Shown one piece after another: positions 1-9,146 of a stretch of DNA of 64,000 bases. The notes under the pieces are model-generated. The model saw only the letters and a program-made list of their open reading frames with translations, was not told the origin of the DNA and searched no databases. This stretch comes from Firmicutes bacterium UBA4845 (GTDB taxonomy: Bacteria > Bacillota > Clostridia > Tissierellales > Sedimentibacteraceae). The position numbers were made by a program, and so were the translations under genes. Positions within the stretch are counted from its first letter, which is position 1, and each line of letters starts with the position of its first letter. Location of the stretch: positions 999 through 64,998 of the forward strand of contig DHER01000114.1 of NCBI GenBank assembly GCA_002399975.1, written 5' to 3'.

Positions 1-62
1 GTTCTCTTATATTGGGAATAATAGGATACTCTGCTGGGTTCGCAATCGGCAAGCTATTATAA
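1..62 (+). CDS. 3' end of a gene entering from the left edge (hydrophobic C-terminus, probable membrane protein)
   Basis: Frame starting at nt 3 reads SLILGIIGYSAGFAIGKLL-stop (TAA 60-62); too short to assign a family. Confidence 0.4.
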   Translation, partial: SLILGIIGYSAGFAIGKLL

Positions 63-234
63 AGGAGGGAAAAAAGTTTGAAACTAATACGCAGTGGGAA
101 GCCAATAAAAATGGGTAAAGCAAACAAGCCATTCATTGATGTCTTAACAGATGACCGGAGACAGAGCAGAAACCGCAGTAAACATCAGTAAGGAATCGGA
201 ATAACGGAAAGTCCGGTTAATTGAAAATAAACTA

Positions 235-263
235 TTGATTTTTAAGTATAATCATGTTATAAT
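235..263 (+). promoter_or_regulatory. sigma70/SigA promoter, convergent with the toxin gene (putative antitoxin RNA promoter)
   Basis: TTGATT (235-240), 17-nt spacer, TATAAT (258-263); no plus-strand ORF follows. Confidence 0.6.
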
Positions 264-269
264 TTGCAT

Positions 270-445
270 AAGATAAAGAATAGGCAGTAGCCAAAAATAT
301 GGCTGACCTGTGAATAACTTAGTTTTACATGATATCTTGTGGTCGAGACAGGGTATCTATTTTCTTTGTCCTTTTACGATAACTGTCACTAACATTGCAA
401 AGGCAATCATTAATGTGAGTGTTTCATATATAGACATCAGGCATC
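270..445 (+). ncRNA. putative cis-antisense antitoxin RNA of a type I TA system (3' end uncertain)
   Basis: Follows the promoter at 235-263 and is antisense to the toxin ORF and its 3' UTR; local hairpin AGCC-AAAAATAT-GGCT. Confidence 0.45.
357..437 (-). CDS. type I TA toxin, putative holin-like toxin family (26 aa)
   Basis: MSIYETLTLMIAFAMLVTVIVKGQRK: one TM helix with a basic tail; SD-like AAAGGTGGTG upstream; matches the pattern of small holin-like Firmicute toxins; below the ORF-track cutoff. Confidence 0.75.
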   Translation of the reverse strand: MSIYETLTLMIAFAMLVTVIVKGQRK

Positions 446-526
446 ACCACCTTTTGAAAGAGATTTTTACCTCCTTTCATTAGGATGGGTCAGCCATACC
501 CTGCTATTACTACCTATTCAAGATAT

Positions 527-555
527 ATTTTATCATATTTTTCCCATGTTTACAA
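527..555 (-). promoter_or_regulatory. SigA promoter for the toxin mRNA
   Basis: Minus strand TTGTAA, 17 nt, TAAAAT with extended TG. Confidence 0.6.
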
Positions 556-748
556 GAAATAAAAGAATAAGAAATTAAGTATGAAGAATGAAGGGTTAAG
601 GAATAAGGCATGTTTGTTTCTGACAATTGTTTGCTTACAGATGAACAGCATATTCCTACATGGACTTGCTGCCTTATACATATAATGATTTATTTTCCAA
701 AATATCAGATTTCAATATGTTGTTTTTTAAAGCTGCAGCATATAGTAA

Positions 749-1237
749 AAAACCGGATTACACATTCAATGCGGTTCTCGTTTGGGAAAGAAGCAAATAG
801 CTGAAATTCAGAAAGATTATGATGCCATAATTGTAGCTGCAGGCACACCGCATGGCAAAGAAATAACATGGGTTCCAAAATGGAATTATGATGCTGTATA
901 TACGGCAATTCAGTTTATGGATTTTGTTAATAATGACCAGAACACATATCGTATGCCACATCAAAATTTTGTTGTCAAGGGTGCGGAAGGCGTTGTTATC
1001 GGAGGCGGATCCATGGCAATGGATACAGCAAGAGCAGCATTACGGTTAGGTGCAAAGAAAGTTACTGTTGTCTGTCTTGAAGAAGGAGAATATGTACCTG
1101 CTCATCAGTGGGAAAAAGATGAAGCAATGGAAGAGGGCGTTATTTTTATGGAAGGATACAGCCCAAAAACATATACAGGTCGTGTTAATACTCTTGAAGG
1201 AATTGATTTCATGAAGGTTAAAGATTTTGACCTGTAA
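749..1237 (+). pseudogene. internal fragment of a GltD/NADPH-dependent FAD oxidoreductase
   Basis: RLGK..YDAIIVAAG and VVIGGGSMAMDTARAALRLGAKKVTVVC motifs; in-frame TAA at 746-748, no SD, and both the N-terminal Fe-S/FAD region and the C-terminus are missing. Confidence 0.7.
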
Positions 1238-1244
1238 ATCATAG

Positions 1245-1290
1245 AAATCATGTATTAAAATCGAATTAACTTTCGTTTTATACATGATTT
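1245..1290. terminator. hairpin between convergent genes
   Basis: AAATCATGTAT...ATACATGATTT inverted repeat followed by T-rich sequence. Confidence 0.5.
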
Positions 1291-1305
1291 TTATTTCCAA
1301 ATATT

Positions 1306-2268
1306 TTATTCGACTACCTCTATTCCGCAGTAGTTTCCTGTGCCGTCAAATAAGACCTTCCCGGATTTATCCGTTAATTTAACAGAAACCTTACCATTAA
1401 GCCCTTCTTTTATAAAATCATTCATTAATCCGCTTTTAGGTGCTTTCAGCATTCCTCCTGAAAAAGTTATTTTTCCATTAATATTAAGAATGAAATTATT
1501 CTTTTTAATCGAAATTTTAATAGTGCCATTATTATTTTCAATTAATTTCAGTTTGCTTAAATTATAGCTTGCAAATCGATATTCTAAGCCATTGACAATT
1601 AAATTGCAGATGAAACCGTTAAAAGAAGATGCAAGGAAAGGAATGTGTGCAACAGAACACATAATGCTTGCATCTGAATTTTTAAAATTATTAGATTGAA
1701 TCCAAATATATTTCCTCGGAAATGAAGTGCCCCAGTCTTTTTCTACATATCCTTTTCCTTTATTGAAATCAAGGGTTTCTTCATTAACAATTATAGAACC
1801 TTTAAGATTATGGTTCATGCTGACTATTTCATGGTAGCATTCCATAAATGGTATGTAGGCAAAAAATCCCATTGTATTAGGAAATATAAGATTTGTTTTT
1901 ATTTTAGTAAATTTAGAAAAATTAATTTTTCCATGTAAATAACATTCGTTTGCATGCAGATCAAGTTCCATACCATTACAACTGAATTTATTGCTTCCAA
2001 TGCTTATACTGAATGGATCATCAGTATATTTGAAATCATTTATTGTAAATTTATGATAATTTGTTTCAATTTTATCGGAATCCATATTGTATATTATTGT
2101 CTGGATAAAAGCATGTTTATCATATGTATCAATAGATACTCCTGGAATTACGCTGAAAACATTTTTCAAATCTGCCGACACGTTTTTGAAATACCATCCT
2201 TCAAAATATTTATCGGTTTTGTTTCTTCCCTGGAATAATTCGGGATATTTTATAAGCTTTAAGTTCAT
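1306..2268 (-). CDS. tocopherol cyclase family protein (function in anaerobes unknown)
   Basis: YFEGWYFK, MECYHEIVSM and GYVEKDWGTSFP motifs. Confidence 0.75.
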   Translation of the reverse strand: MNLKLIKYPELFQGRNKTDKYFEGWYFKNVSADLKNVFSVIPGVSIDTYDKHAFIQTIIYNMDSDKIETNYHKFTINDFKYTDDPFSISIGSNKFSCNGMELDLHANECYLHGKINFSKFTKIKTNLIFPNTMGFFAYIPFMECYHEIVSMNHNLKGSIIVNEETLDFNKGKGYVEKDWGTSFPRKYIWIQSNNFKNSDASIMCSVAHIPFLASSFNGFICNLIVNGLEYRFASYNLSKLKLIENNNGTIKISIKKNNFILNINGKITFSGGMLKAPKSGLMNDFIKEGLNGKVSVKLTDKSGKVLFDGTGNYCGIEVVE

Positions 2269-2436
2269 TATATCAAATCTCCAATAATATATTATCTAAA
2301 ATATAGTATTATCTTATATATTTTCCTTATACAATAGAGTGGGAGAATAGTAAAAAAGTAGTAGAATTATTATTTTCTATACAGTATAATGTTACAAGCA
2401 ATAATAATGTGTGATTAAGGTATCAAGGAGGGTAAA

Positions 2437-2961
2437 GTGAGTACAGTTTATGTTAGAAAAGCTACAGGAAAAGATTTAAGCGCCATTATGCCTATTATTG
2501 ACTACGCAAAACAATTACTGAAATCAGACGGCAGTCAACAATGGCAAAATGGTAATCCTAATGAGAAAATAATCCTTGATGATATCAGAAAAGGCTATTG
2601 TTATCTTTTAATAGTTGACGGGCAAATTGCTGGGACTTCCACATTATTGACCGAACCCGATCCAAATTATGAAGTAATTATTGACGGCTCATGGGAAAAT
2701 AACGAAAGTATTTATGCAACTTTTCATCGCATTGCTATTTCCGATAAATTTAGGGGAATGCATCTTTCTTCTTATTTATTTTCAAATCTGCTCAGTTTGG
2801 CATACAATCAAGGATTAAGAGATTTTAGAATAGATACTCATGAAATGAATTTACGTATGCAAGGATTGATTGAAAAAATTGGATTCAAATATAGAGGCAG
2901 AATTTTTGTTGATTCTACCCCTCATGGTGAGCGTAAAGCTTATGAACTTCACTTGGATTAA
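2437..2961 (+). CDS. GNAT family N-acetyltransferase
   Basis: QWQNGNP, HRIAISDKFRGMHLS acetyl-CoA motif, RIDTHEMNLRMQ; GGAGG SD before GTG. Confidence 0.85.
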   Translation: MSTVYVRKATGKDLSAIMPIIDYAKQLLKSDGSQQWQNGNPNEKIILDDIRKGYCYLLIVDGQIAGTSTLLTEPDPNYEVIIDGSWENNESIYATFHRIAISDKFRGMHLSSYLFSNLLSLAYNQGLRDFRIDTHEMNLRMQGLIEKIGFKYRGRIFVDSTPHGERKAYELHLD

Positions 2962-3070
2962 GTATATGGAATAGGCAATTAGTGAAAAGTAAAGATTTAA
3001 AATCTTATGTTTCAAACACACTAGAGATGGTATAATATAATTATAACATTTATACTGGAGGAGATTTGAA

Positions 3071-3550
3071 ATGAGTAAATTATATGATGGTTTAAATGAA
3101 CAAATGAATTTTGAATTGGAATCTGCATACATATATGCAACAATGTCAGCATACTTGAATGAGCAAAACATGAAAGGGATGACACATTTTATTGATAAAC
3201 AGGTAGAAGAAGAAATTGAACATGCAAAAAAAATCAAAAATTTTCTTCAGGAAACCGGATATGGTATAAAATATCATTCCCTAAATCCGGGTGAAGGAAA
3301 ATTTGCTTCAATCTATGAAGTGTTTCAGAAAGCTCTCGCTCACGAAAAAGTTGTAACATCCAAAATTCATGATTTAGCCGCACAGGCAAGAGAAGAAGGA
3401 GAACAAAGGGTACTAAATCTTCTTGCGTGGTTTGTGGATGAACAAATAGAAGAAGAGGATACTTTCACCGTGCTGGTCGAAAGATTAGAAAGAATTAACG
3501 ATCAGTGGGATGGGCTCTATATTCTTGATGGTGAAATGGGACAAAGATAA
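3071..3550 (+). CDS. ftnA: non-heme ferritin
   Basis: LNEQMNFELESAYIY, EEEIEHA, HEKVVT, WFVDEQIEEE ferroxidase motifs. Confidence 0.9.
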   Translation: MSKLYDGLNEQMNFELESAYIYATMSAYLNEQNMKGMTHFIDKQVEEEIEHAKKIKNFLQETGYGIKYHSLNPGEGKFASIYEVFQKALAHEKVVTSKIHDLAAQAREEGEQRVLNLLAWFVDEQIEEEDTFTVLVERLERINDQWDGLYILDGEMGQR

Positions 3551-3574
3551 AAATTGGGAAATGGCTACACATAC

Positions 3575-3608
3575 AAAGCCCCTCAGAAGGTTAGTTCTGA
3601 GGGGCTTT
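3575..3608. terminator. bidirectional intrinsic terminator
   Basis: AAAGCCCCTCAGAA-GGTTAG-TTCTGAGGGGCTTT perfect stem. Confidence 0.85.
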
Positions 3609-3668
3609 TATCAAAGTACTGAAGAAATTTCCTTTTAGTCTGAGAGAACTGTAATTTTAATTGTAAAT

Positions 3669-5384
3669 TTATTCAATCCAACTTGCAACTTTTTCCGGAT
3701 TTTTATCAATCCAATTTTGAGCAGCAACGGTTGGACCAACGTCTTGAAGTTCTAACATGACACTTTGCATATCTTCAACAGTCCAGTTAAAGTTATCTAT
3801 TACACGATAAACTTCAGGCATATCTTCTTCAAGGCCTTCTCTGGCAAATGAGACGACAAACTCACCTTCACCCATAGTCAGCTTGGGATCTTCTAAGATC
3901 TTCAAATCATATTTTTCATACATCCAATGAGGTTTCCAGCCGGTTGTAATAAAGTCTTCTTTACTGGCTATGGCTTTGTCCAGCTCTGCCAGCATGGCAC
4001 CCGTGGATGACGTGCTTAATGTCCAATCACTTAAATTTTCATAATCATTCATTAGTTTCTGGGCCAAAGCGGTGACACCTGCTCCTGGCTCAATTCCTGT
4101 AATAGTTTTATTCGCTTCATCCGTTAAATCGGCTATAGAATTGACATCCATGTAGGCAGGCACGGTTATCCCGTTAATAGCACCTTCCAAATTAGGCCCA
4201 AGGTTAATCATTTGATCACCATATTGTTCATATAAAAAACCGTGTGAATCAGGTAACCATGGAGCCACTGTGGCATCTGCTGTACCGCTGGCAATCGAGC
4301 TGAATACAATAGCTGGATCGAGCTCAGAGATTTTAACCGTATATCCCAAATCCTCTAAAACAATTTTTATCACATTGGCAGAAGCAATTTCACTATCCCA
4401 TTGAACACTAGCTAAGGTAACTGTTTTATCATTATCTTGATCAAGAGAATAATAAATTGTGCCACTTACCAAGAATAAAATGACTGCTAAAGATCCTGCC
4501 AATATGGCATGTTGCCTTTTTTTAGCCTGTTTAGGACTTGTTGCCCTGTCAGTTTTGTTGACATTTTGAGTAAAGCGGTCAATGATGATTGCTAAGATAA
4601 CTAAAGCTGAACCATTAACAAATCCATTTCCTACTTCTGCTCTTTGTAGTGCCTGTAACACTCCTTCTCCTAGCCCTGGAGCACCAATCATTGAAGCTGT
4701 AACGACCATCGACAAAGCCAACATTGTGGTCTGGTTGATTCCTGCAAAAATCGTATTTTTAGCCAGTGGCAATTCAAGTTTAATCATTTTTTGCCAACCG
4801 GTACTGCCAAATGAGTCAGAAGCTTCGGTTAATTCCTCAGGTATTTGGCGTATACCTAAATTTGTGAACCGTACGGTCGGCGGCAAAGCAAAGATAACGG
4901 ATGCGAAAACACCCGGTACCATGCCAATACCAAAGAAGGCAACGGCTGGAATTAAGTAAACAAAGGAGGGCATAGTTTGCATAAAATCAAGAATTGGTGT
5001 AATGACCCCTTTGGCACGTTCACTTTTTGACATCCAAATACCTAATGGTATACCCAATATAACTGAAATTATTGTAGCAATAATAACCAGCGTGAGAGTA
5101 TTAATTAAATTAATCCATAGGTTCTGGTTTAGTACAAAAAGAAGACCAATAAATGTAAAAACCGTTAAACTAATTTTTTTGTTTGATATAAAATATATAA
5201 TTATAGACAATACAATTATAAAAATAAGTGGTGGAATTATAAGTAAAGTTTCAACCATCCCGTTCATCACAGTGCTTCCAACTGTTTGAATGGAAGCAAA
5301 GAAACCGGCAAGTGTAGTCGTTAACCAATTGGTAAACATTTCAATCCATTCAGCCAATGGAAGTGGCGTTTGTAAAAATGTCAT
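3669..5384 (-). CDS. opuAB: glycine betaine ABC transporter, fused permease and substrate-binding protein (OpuAB/BusAB type)
   Basis: LDFMQTMPSFVYLIP, EAA-like loop, C-terminal binding domain with WLPDSH and TGWKPHWM. Confidence 0.9.
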   Translation of the reverse strand: MTFLQTPLPLAEWIEMFTNWLTTTLAGFFASIQTVGSTVMNGMVETLLIIPPLIFIIVLSIIIYFISNKKISLTVFTFIGLLFVLNQNLWINLINTLTLVIIATIISVILGIPLGIWMSKSERAKGVITPILDFMQTMPSFVYLIPAVAFFGIGMVPGVFASVIFALPPTVRFTNLGIRQIPEELTEASDSFGSTGWQKMIKLELPLAKNTIFAGINQTTMLALSMVVTASMIGAPGLGEGVLQALQRAEVGNGFVNGSALVILAIIIDRFTQNVNKTDRATSPKQAKKRQHAILAGSLAVILFLVSGTIYYSLDQDNDKTVTLASVQWDSEIASANVIKIVLEDLGYTVKISELDPAIVFSSIASGTADATVAPWLPDSHGFLYEQYGDQMINLGPNLEGAINGITVPAYMDVNSIADLTDEANKTITGIEPGAGVTALAQKLMNDYENLSDWTLSTSSTGAMLAELDKAIASKEDFITTGWKPHWMYEKYDLKILEDPKLTMGEGEFVVSFAREGLEEDMPEVYRVIDNFNWTVEDMQSVMLELQDVGPTVAAQNWIDKNPEKVASWIE

Positions 5385-6571
5385 TATTTTTTCACCTCAC
5401 TTGTCTTAGCTAAAGCATCAATAATCGTTCCATGGGGGATAACACCTAGCAATCGTTCGCCATCGACTACTACAATTGGAGCAGGCGATTGATTACCTAC
5501 TTCAAACAAATCAGCAACTAGAGTATCTTTATCAACACGGGTCACATTTGGATTTACAGCTGATTTAGCTCTTTTCCCGGTTCGCTTAGTTTCCAATACA
5601 TCCTCTGCATTTAGATAACCTAATAATTTACCTTCCCGATTAACGGCTAACAATAAATCCACACCTTCATGACTCATCTGATTCAAAATAACACTTGGTC
5701 CATCATTATCGATGTTCACCTTAATTGCCGGCACCATTATATTGCCAGCAGTTAATACTTTGGAACGATCCACTTCTTCAACGAAGTCACGGACATATTC
5801 GTTTGCAGGTTGTGTCAATATTTCTTCTCCAGTTCCGATTTGTACAATTTCACCATCTTTCATAATAGCGATACGGTCGCCGATTCTCAATGCTTCATTT
5901 AAATCATGAGTGATAAATACAATTGTTTTTTTAACTGTATTTTGTAGATCAATTAACTCATCTTGCATTTCATGGCGGATTAACGGGTCCAGCGCAGAAA
6001 AGGCTTCATCCATCAATAGGATTTCGGGATCATTGGCTAAAGCGCGGGCAATACCCACACGCTGTTGCATACCGCCAGAAAGTTGATCTGGATATTGATC
6101 TTTAAAGCTAAGTAAACCTGAATTTTCTAATGCTTTTTCTGCTCTTTCACGACGTTCTTTTTTATCAATTCCCTGAAGTTCCAGTCCATATTCGGTATTT
6201 TTAAGTATGGTTCGATGAGGAAAAAGAGCAAAGTTTTGAAACACCATGTTAATTTTGGTGCGTCTTACTTCACGCAGTCTTTTCTTATCTAATTTCGAAA
6301 TATTAACATCATCAATATAGATTTCTCCTGCAGTAGGTTGAATCAATCGATTCAGCAATCGAACCAGAGTTGATTTTCCACTACCGGATAGACCCATAAT
6401 AACAAAAACTTCATTTTCATTAATCTCTAAATTAACATTGTTAACCCCTACAGTCGCACCTGTGGCTTCGAAAATTTCTTCTTTTGATTTGTTCTGTTTT
6501 AGCATATTCAAAGCACTTTTCGTTTTCTTTCCAAAAATTTTTGTGAGATTTTTGATTCTTATTTTTCCCAT
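5384..6571 (-). CDS. opuAA: glycine betaine ABC transporter ATPase with CBS domains
   Basis: [32 protein letters not shown]-terminal CBS pair. Confidence 0.92.
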   Translation of the reverse strand: MGKIRIKNLTKIFGKKTKSALNMLKQNKSKEEIFEATGATVGVNNVNLEINENEVFVIMGLSGSGKSTLVRLLNRLIQPTAGEIYIDDVNISKLDKKRLREVRRTKINMVFQNFALFPHRTILKNTEYGLELQGIDKKERRERAEKALENSGLLSFKDQYPDQLSGGMQQRVGIARALANDPEILLMDEAFSALDPLIRHEMQDELIDLQNTVKKTIVFITHDLNEALRIGDRIAIMKDGEIVQIGTGEEILTQPANEYVRDFVEEVDRSKVLTAGNIMVPAIKVNIDNDGPSVILNQMSHEGVDLLLAVNREGKLLGYLNAEDVLETKRTGKRAKSAVNPNVTRVDKDTLVADLFEVGNQSPAPIVVVDGERLLGVIPHGTIIDALAKTSEVKK

Positions 6572-6628
6572 GTTTATTACGCTCCTTCATTCTCATGGTT
6601 TAAAAAGGAAATGTTATTAAACTACGTT

Positions 6629-6657
6629 ATGTTAACATATACCCAAATCTTTGTCAA
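6629..6657 (-). promoter_or_regulatory. SigA promoter of the opuA operon
   Basis: TTGACA, 17 nt, TAACAT with extended TG on the minus strand. Confidence 0.65.
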
Positions 6658-6896
6658 AAAGCATACATCCTGGAAGTGCGTTATACCTTAGAAAGCATCA
6701 AGCATTAAGATGACAAAATTTTTTTTTAATTGTTCTCTTATTATGCACAATTTTTCTATCAATAAACTTGAGTGTTGATTATATTTCCCTATTGTTTTAT
6801 TCATAATGATAGCATATAATATAGGATAATATGTAAGTTACCGTCGATTTCAAAATACACCATTTGCTCATGGAGAGTATAGGGAGGATCTGTATT

Positions 6897-7253
6897 ATGG
6901 ATAAATCTAATTTAGAAGTACCAAAGGATAATAATATGACTTGTAATGAAACGGTAGATAGCCACAGTGAAAAAAAACACGTTCATAGTCATAAACACCA
7001 AAGTACAAAGGCAGTATTAAATAGATTGTCTCGTGCAAGCGGGCATCTGGAATCGGTAAAACGTATGATAGAGGGTGGAAAGGACTGCAGTGAAGTATTG
7101 ATTCAGCTGTCAGCCGTAATAGCAGCCCTTAATAATGCAGGCAAGGTTATTTTAAAAGATCATTTGGAACATTGCATTGTGGATGCAGTCGAGTCAGGAG
7201 ATAAAGATGCCATAACAAATCTGAATAAGGCAATTGATAGTTTTATAAAATAA
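6897..7253 (+). CDS. CsoR/RcnR-family metal-sensing repressor (InrS-like, His-rich N-terminus)
   Basis: HVHSHKH, NRLSRASGHL, DCSEVLIQL, DHLEHC; start moved to ATG 6897 after a GGAGG SD. Confidence 0.85.
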   Translation: MDKSNLEVPKDNNMTCNETVDSHSEKKHVHSHKHQSTKAVLNRLSRASGHLESVKRMIEGGKDCSEVLIQLSAVIAALNNAGKVILKDHLEHCIVDAVESGDKDAITNLNKAIDSFIK

Positions 7254-7300
7254 TTATACAATATTAATACTAACTTTTTTATTATTAAATATATAAGAAC

Positions 7301-7329
7301 AAGGCAGTCATAAATTTTGGCTGCCTTTT
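7301..7329 (+). terminator. intrinsic terminator
   Basis: AAGGCAGTCA...TTGGCTGCCTTTT. Confidence 0.65.
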
Positions 7330-7368
7330 CATATGTGCTCAGCATGGGCACGAAAAATAAAGACCGCT

Positions 7369-7384
7369 GATGCAATAATGCATC
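7369..7384. promoter_or_regulatory. putative upstream activator sequence (UAS)
   Basis: Palindrome GATGCA-ATAA-TGCATC about 65 bp upstream of a -24/-12 promoter; motif recurs upstream of the other island promoters. Confidence 0.55.
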
Positions 7385-7446
7385 TTATAAATGATAAGCA
7401 ATAGTATATTAAAATAATTTCTATTGAAATTTCAACATTGTATAAC

Positions 7447-7462
7447 TGGCATAATTATTGCT
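7447..7462 (+). promoter_or_regulatory. sigma54 -24/-12 promoter of abfD
   Basis: TGGCATAATTATTGCT, exact GG-N10-GC. Confidence 0.85.
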
Positions 7463-7497
7463 ACATACATAGAAGAACTATTTGGGAGGATAATATA

Positions 7498-8949
7498 ATG
7501 ACTTTAAAAACCGGTGAACAGTATATAGAAAGTATAAGAAATATGAAAATGCAGATTTATATGTTTGGAGAAAGGGTGGAAAGTTCTGTTGACAATCCGA
7601 TACTTTGCCCTTCCTTGAATTCGGTAAAAGCAACCTACGATTTGGCACAGATGCCTGAATACGAAGATCTAATGACGGTTACATCTTCCGTTACGGGAAA
7701 TAAAATTAACAGATTTACTCATATTCATCAGAGCACGGAAGATCTTATAAAGAAAGTAAAAATGCAAAGATTGTTAGGGCAGAAAACTGCTTCCTGCTTT
7801 CAAAGATGTGTAGGTATGGATGCTTTTAATTCTGTATATAGTACAACATATGAAATTGATAAAGCATACAATACACAATATCATAGAAACTTTGTTAATT
7901 ATATGAAATATGTTCAGGAAAATGATTTGACGGTTGATGGGGCAATGACAGATCCTAAAGGGGACAGATCACTGTCACCAGGTAAGCAGTCTGATCCGGA
8001 TTTGTTTTTAAGAGTTGTGGAAAGAAGAACCGATGGAGTAGTGGTGCGTGGTGCTAAAGCTCACCAGACAGGTATTTGTAATTCTCATGAAGTACTGGTA
8101 ATGCCAACAATTGCTTTAACCTTTGAAGACAAAGATTATGCCATTTCATTTTCGGTCCCTGTTGATACAAAAGGAATAATAATGATAATCGGGAGACAGT
8201 CCTGTGATACAAGGAAGCTTGAAAATTCGCCTATAGATGTTGGAAATTCAAAATATGGAGGGGTTGAAGCATTAACCATATTTGACAATGTATTTGTACC
8301 AAATGAAAGGATTTTTCTAAACGGAGAAACTGATTTTTCCGGAATGATGGTTGAAAGATTTGCAGGATACCACAGGCAAAGCTATGGAGGATGCAAAGTG
8401 GGAGTTGGAGACGTGCTTATTGGTGCAGCGGCATTAGCATCAGAATATAATGGGGTTCAAAAAGCATCACATATAAAAGATAAGCTGATTGAAATGACTC
8501 ACTTGAATGAGACACTGTATAGCTGCGGTATAGCATGTTCTGCAGAGGGTCATAAGACTGAATCGGGTAACTATATTATAGATTTGTTATTAGCGAATGT
8601 TTGCAAGCAAAATGTAACAAGGTTTCCTTATGAAATAGCAAGGATAGCCGAAGATATTGCGGGAGGACTAATGGTAACGGCCCCTTCCGAAAAAGATATG
8701 AGAGATCCGGTTTTGAGTGAATATATCAATAAGTATCTCCGGGGTGTTGACGGTGTTTCTGTAGAGAATAGGATAAGAATATTAAGACTAATAGAGAATT
8801 TGACTTTAGGTACTGCTGCGGTTGGATACAGAACTGAATCCATGCATGGAGCAGGTTCACCCCAGGCACAGAGAATAATGATAGCCAGGCAGGGAAACAT
8901 AAATGGTAAAAAAGAGCTTGCAAAATCAATAGCACGAATAAATGATTAG
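7498..8949 (+). CDS. abfD: 4-hydroxybutyryl-CoA dehydratase / vinylacetyl-CoA isomerase
   Basis: [4Fe-4S] ligands in CFQRCVGMD and HRQSYGGCK; AMTDPKGDRS; ESMHGAGSPQAQR; ATG 7498 after GGGAGG. Confidence 0.88.
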   Translation: MTLKTGEQYIESIRNMKMQIYMFGERVESSVDNPILCPSLNSVKATYDLAQMPEYEDLMTVTSSVTGNKINRFTHIHQSTEDLIKKVKMQRLLGQKTASCFQRCVGMDAFNSVYSTTYEIDKAYNTQYHRNFVNYMKYVQENDLTVDGAMTDPKGDRSLSPGKQSDPDLFLRVVERRTDGVVVRGAKAHQTGICNSHEVLVMPTIALTFEDKDYAISFSVPVDTKGIIMIIGRQSCDTRKLENSPIDVGNSKYGGVEALTIFDNVFVPNERIFLNGETDFSGMMVERFAGYHRQSYGGCKVGVGDVLIGAAALASEYNGVQKASHIKDKLIEMTHLNETLYSCGIACSAEGHKTESGNYIIDLLLANVCKQNVTRFPYEIARIAEDIAGGLMVTAPSEKDMRDPVLSEYINKYLRGVDGVSVENRIRILRLIENLTLGTAAVGYRTESMHGAGSPQAQRIMIARQGNINGKKELAKSIARIND

Positions 8950-9146
8950 TTAAAATAAAATATTTTCCCGGCATTCCCAAAGAAAGTTCCGGGAAATTTT
9001 TTAGTGTAATTTTTAGAACTGCATTGAGAATTTTGAAACATTGATGTGACATTTAAGAGATTCATGCTTTAAAATTTGTTTTTTAAAATGTAAAATATGA
9101 TATAATATTATATGTTAAAAACTTATCATGCGTGAAGGAGGATTAG

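Noticed and set aside
78-210. 37-aa ORF with strong SD, or decayed P-type ATPase piece (TGDRAETAVNISKE in another frame)
   Set aside because: Too short and frame-broken to call without a search
2437-6571. Horizontal origin of the GNAT-ferritin-opuA block
   Set aside because: Only an impression from protein style; no mobility genes or boundary repeats seen, and it needs phylogenetic testing
7498-8949. 4-hydroxyphenylacetate 3-monooxygenase (HpaB) call
   Set aside because: Same fold family, but the Cys/His Fe-S ligands of AbfD are present, there is no flavin reductase, and the host is anaerobic
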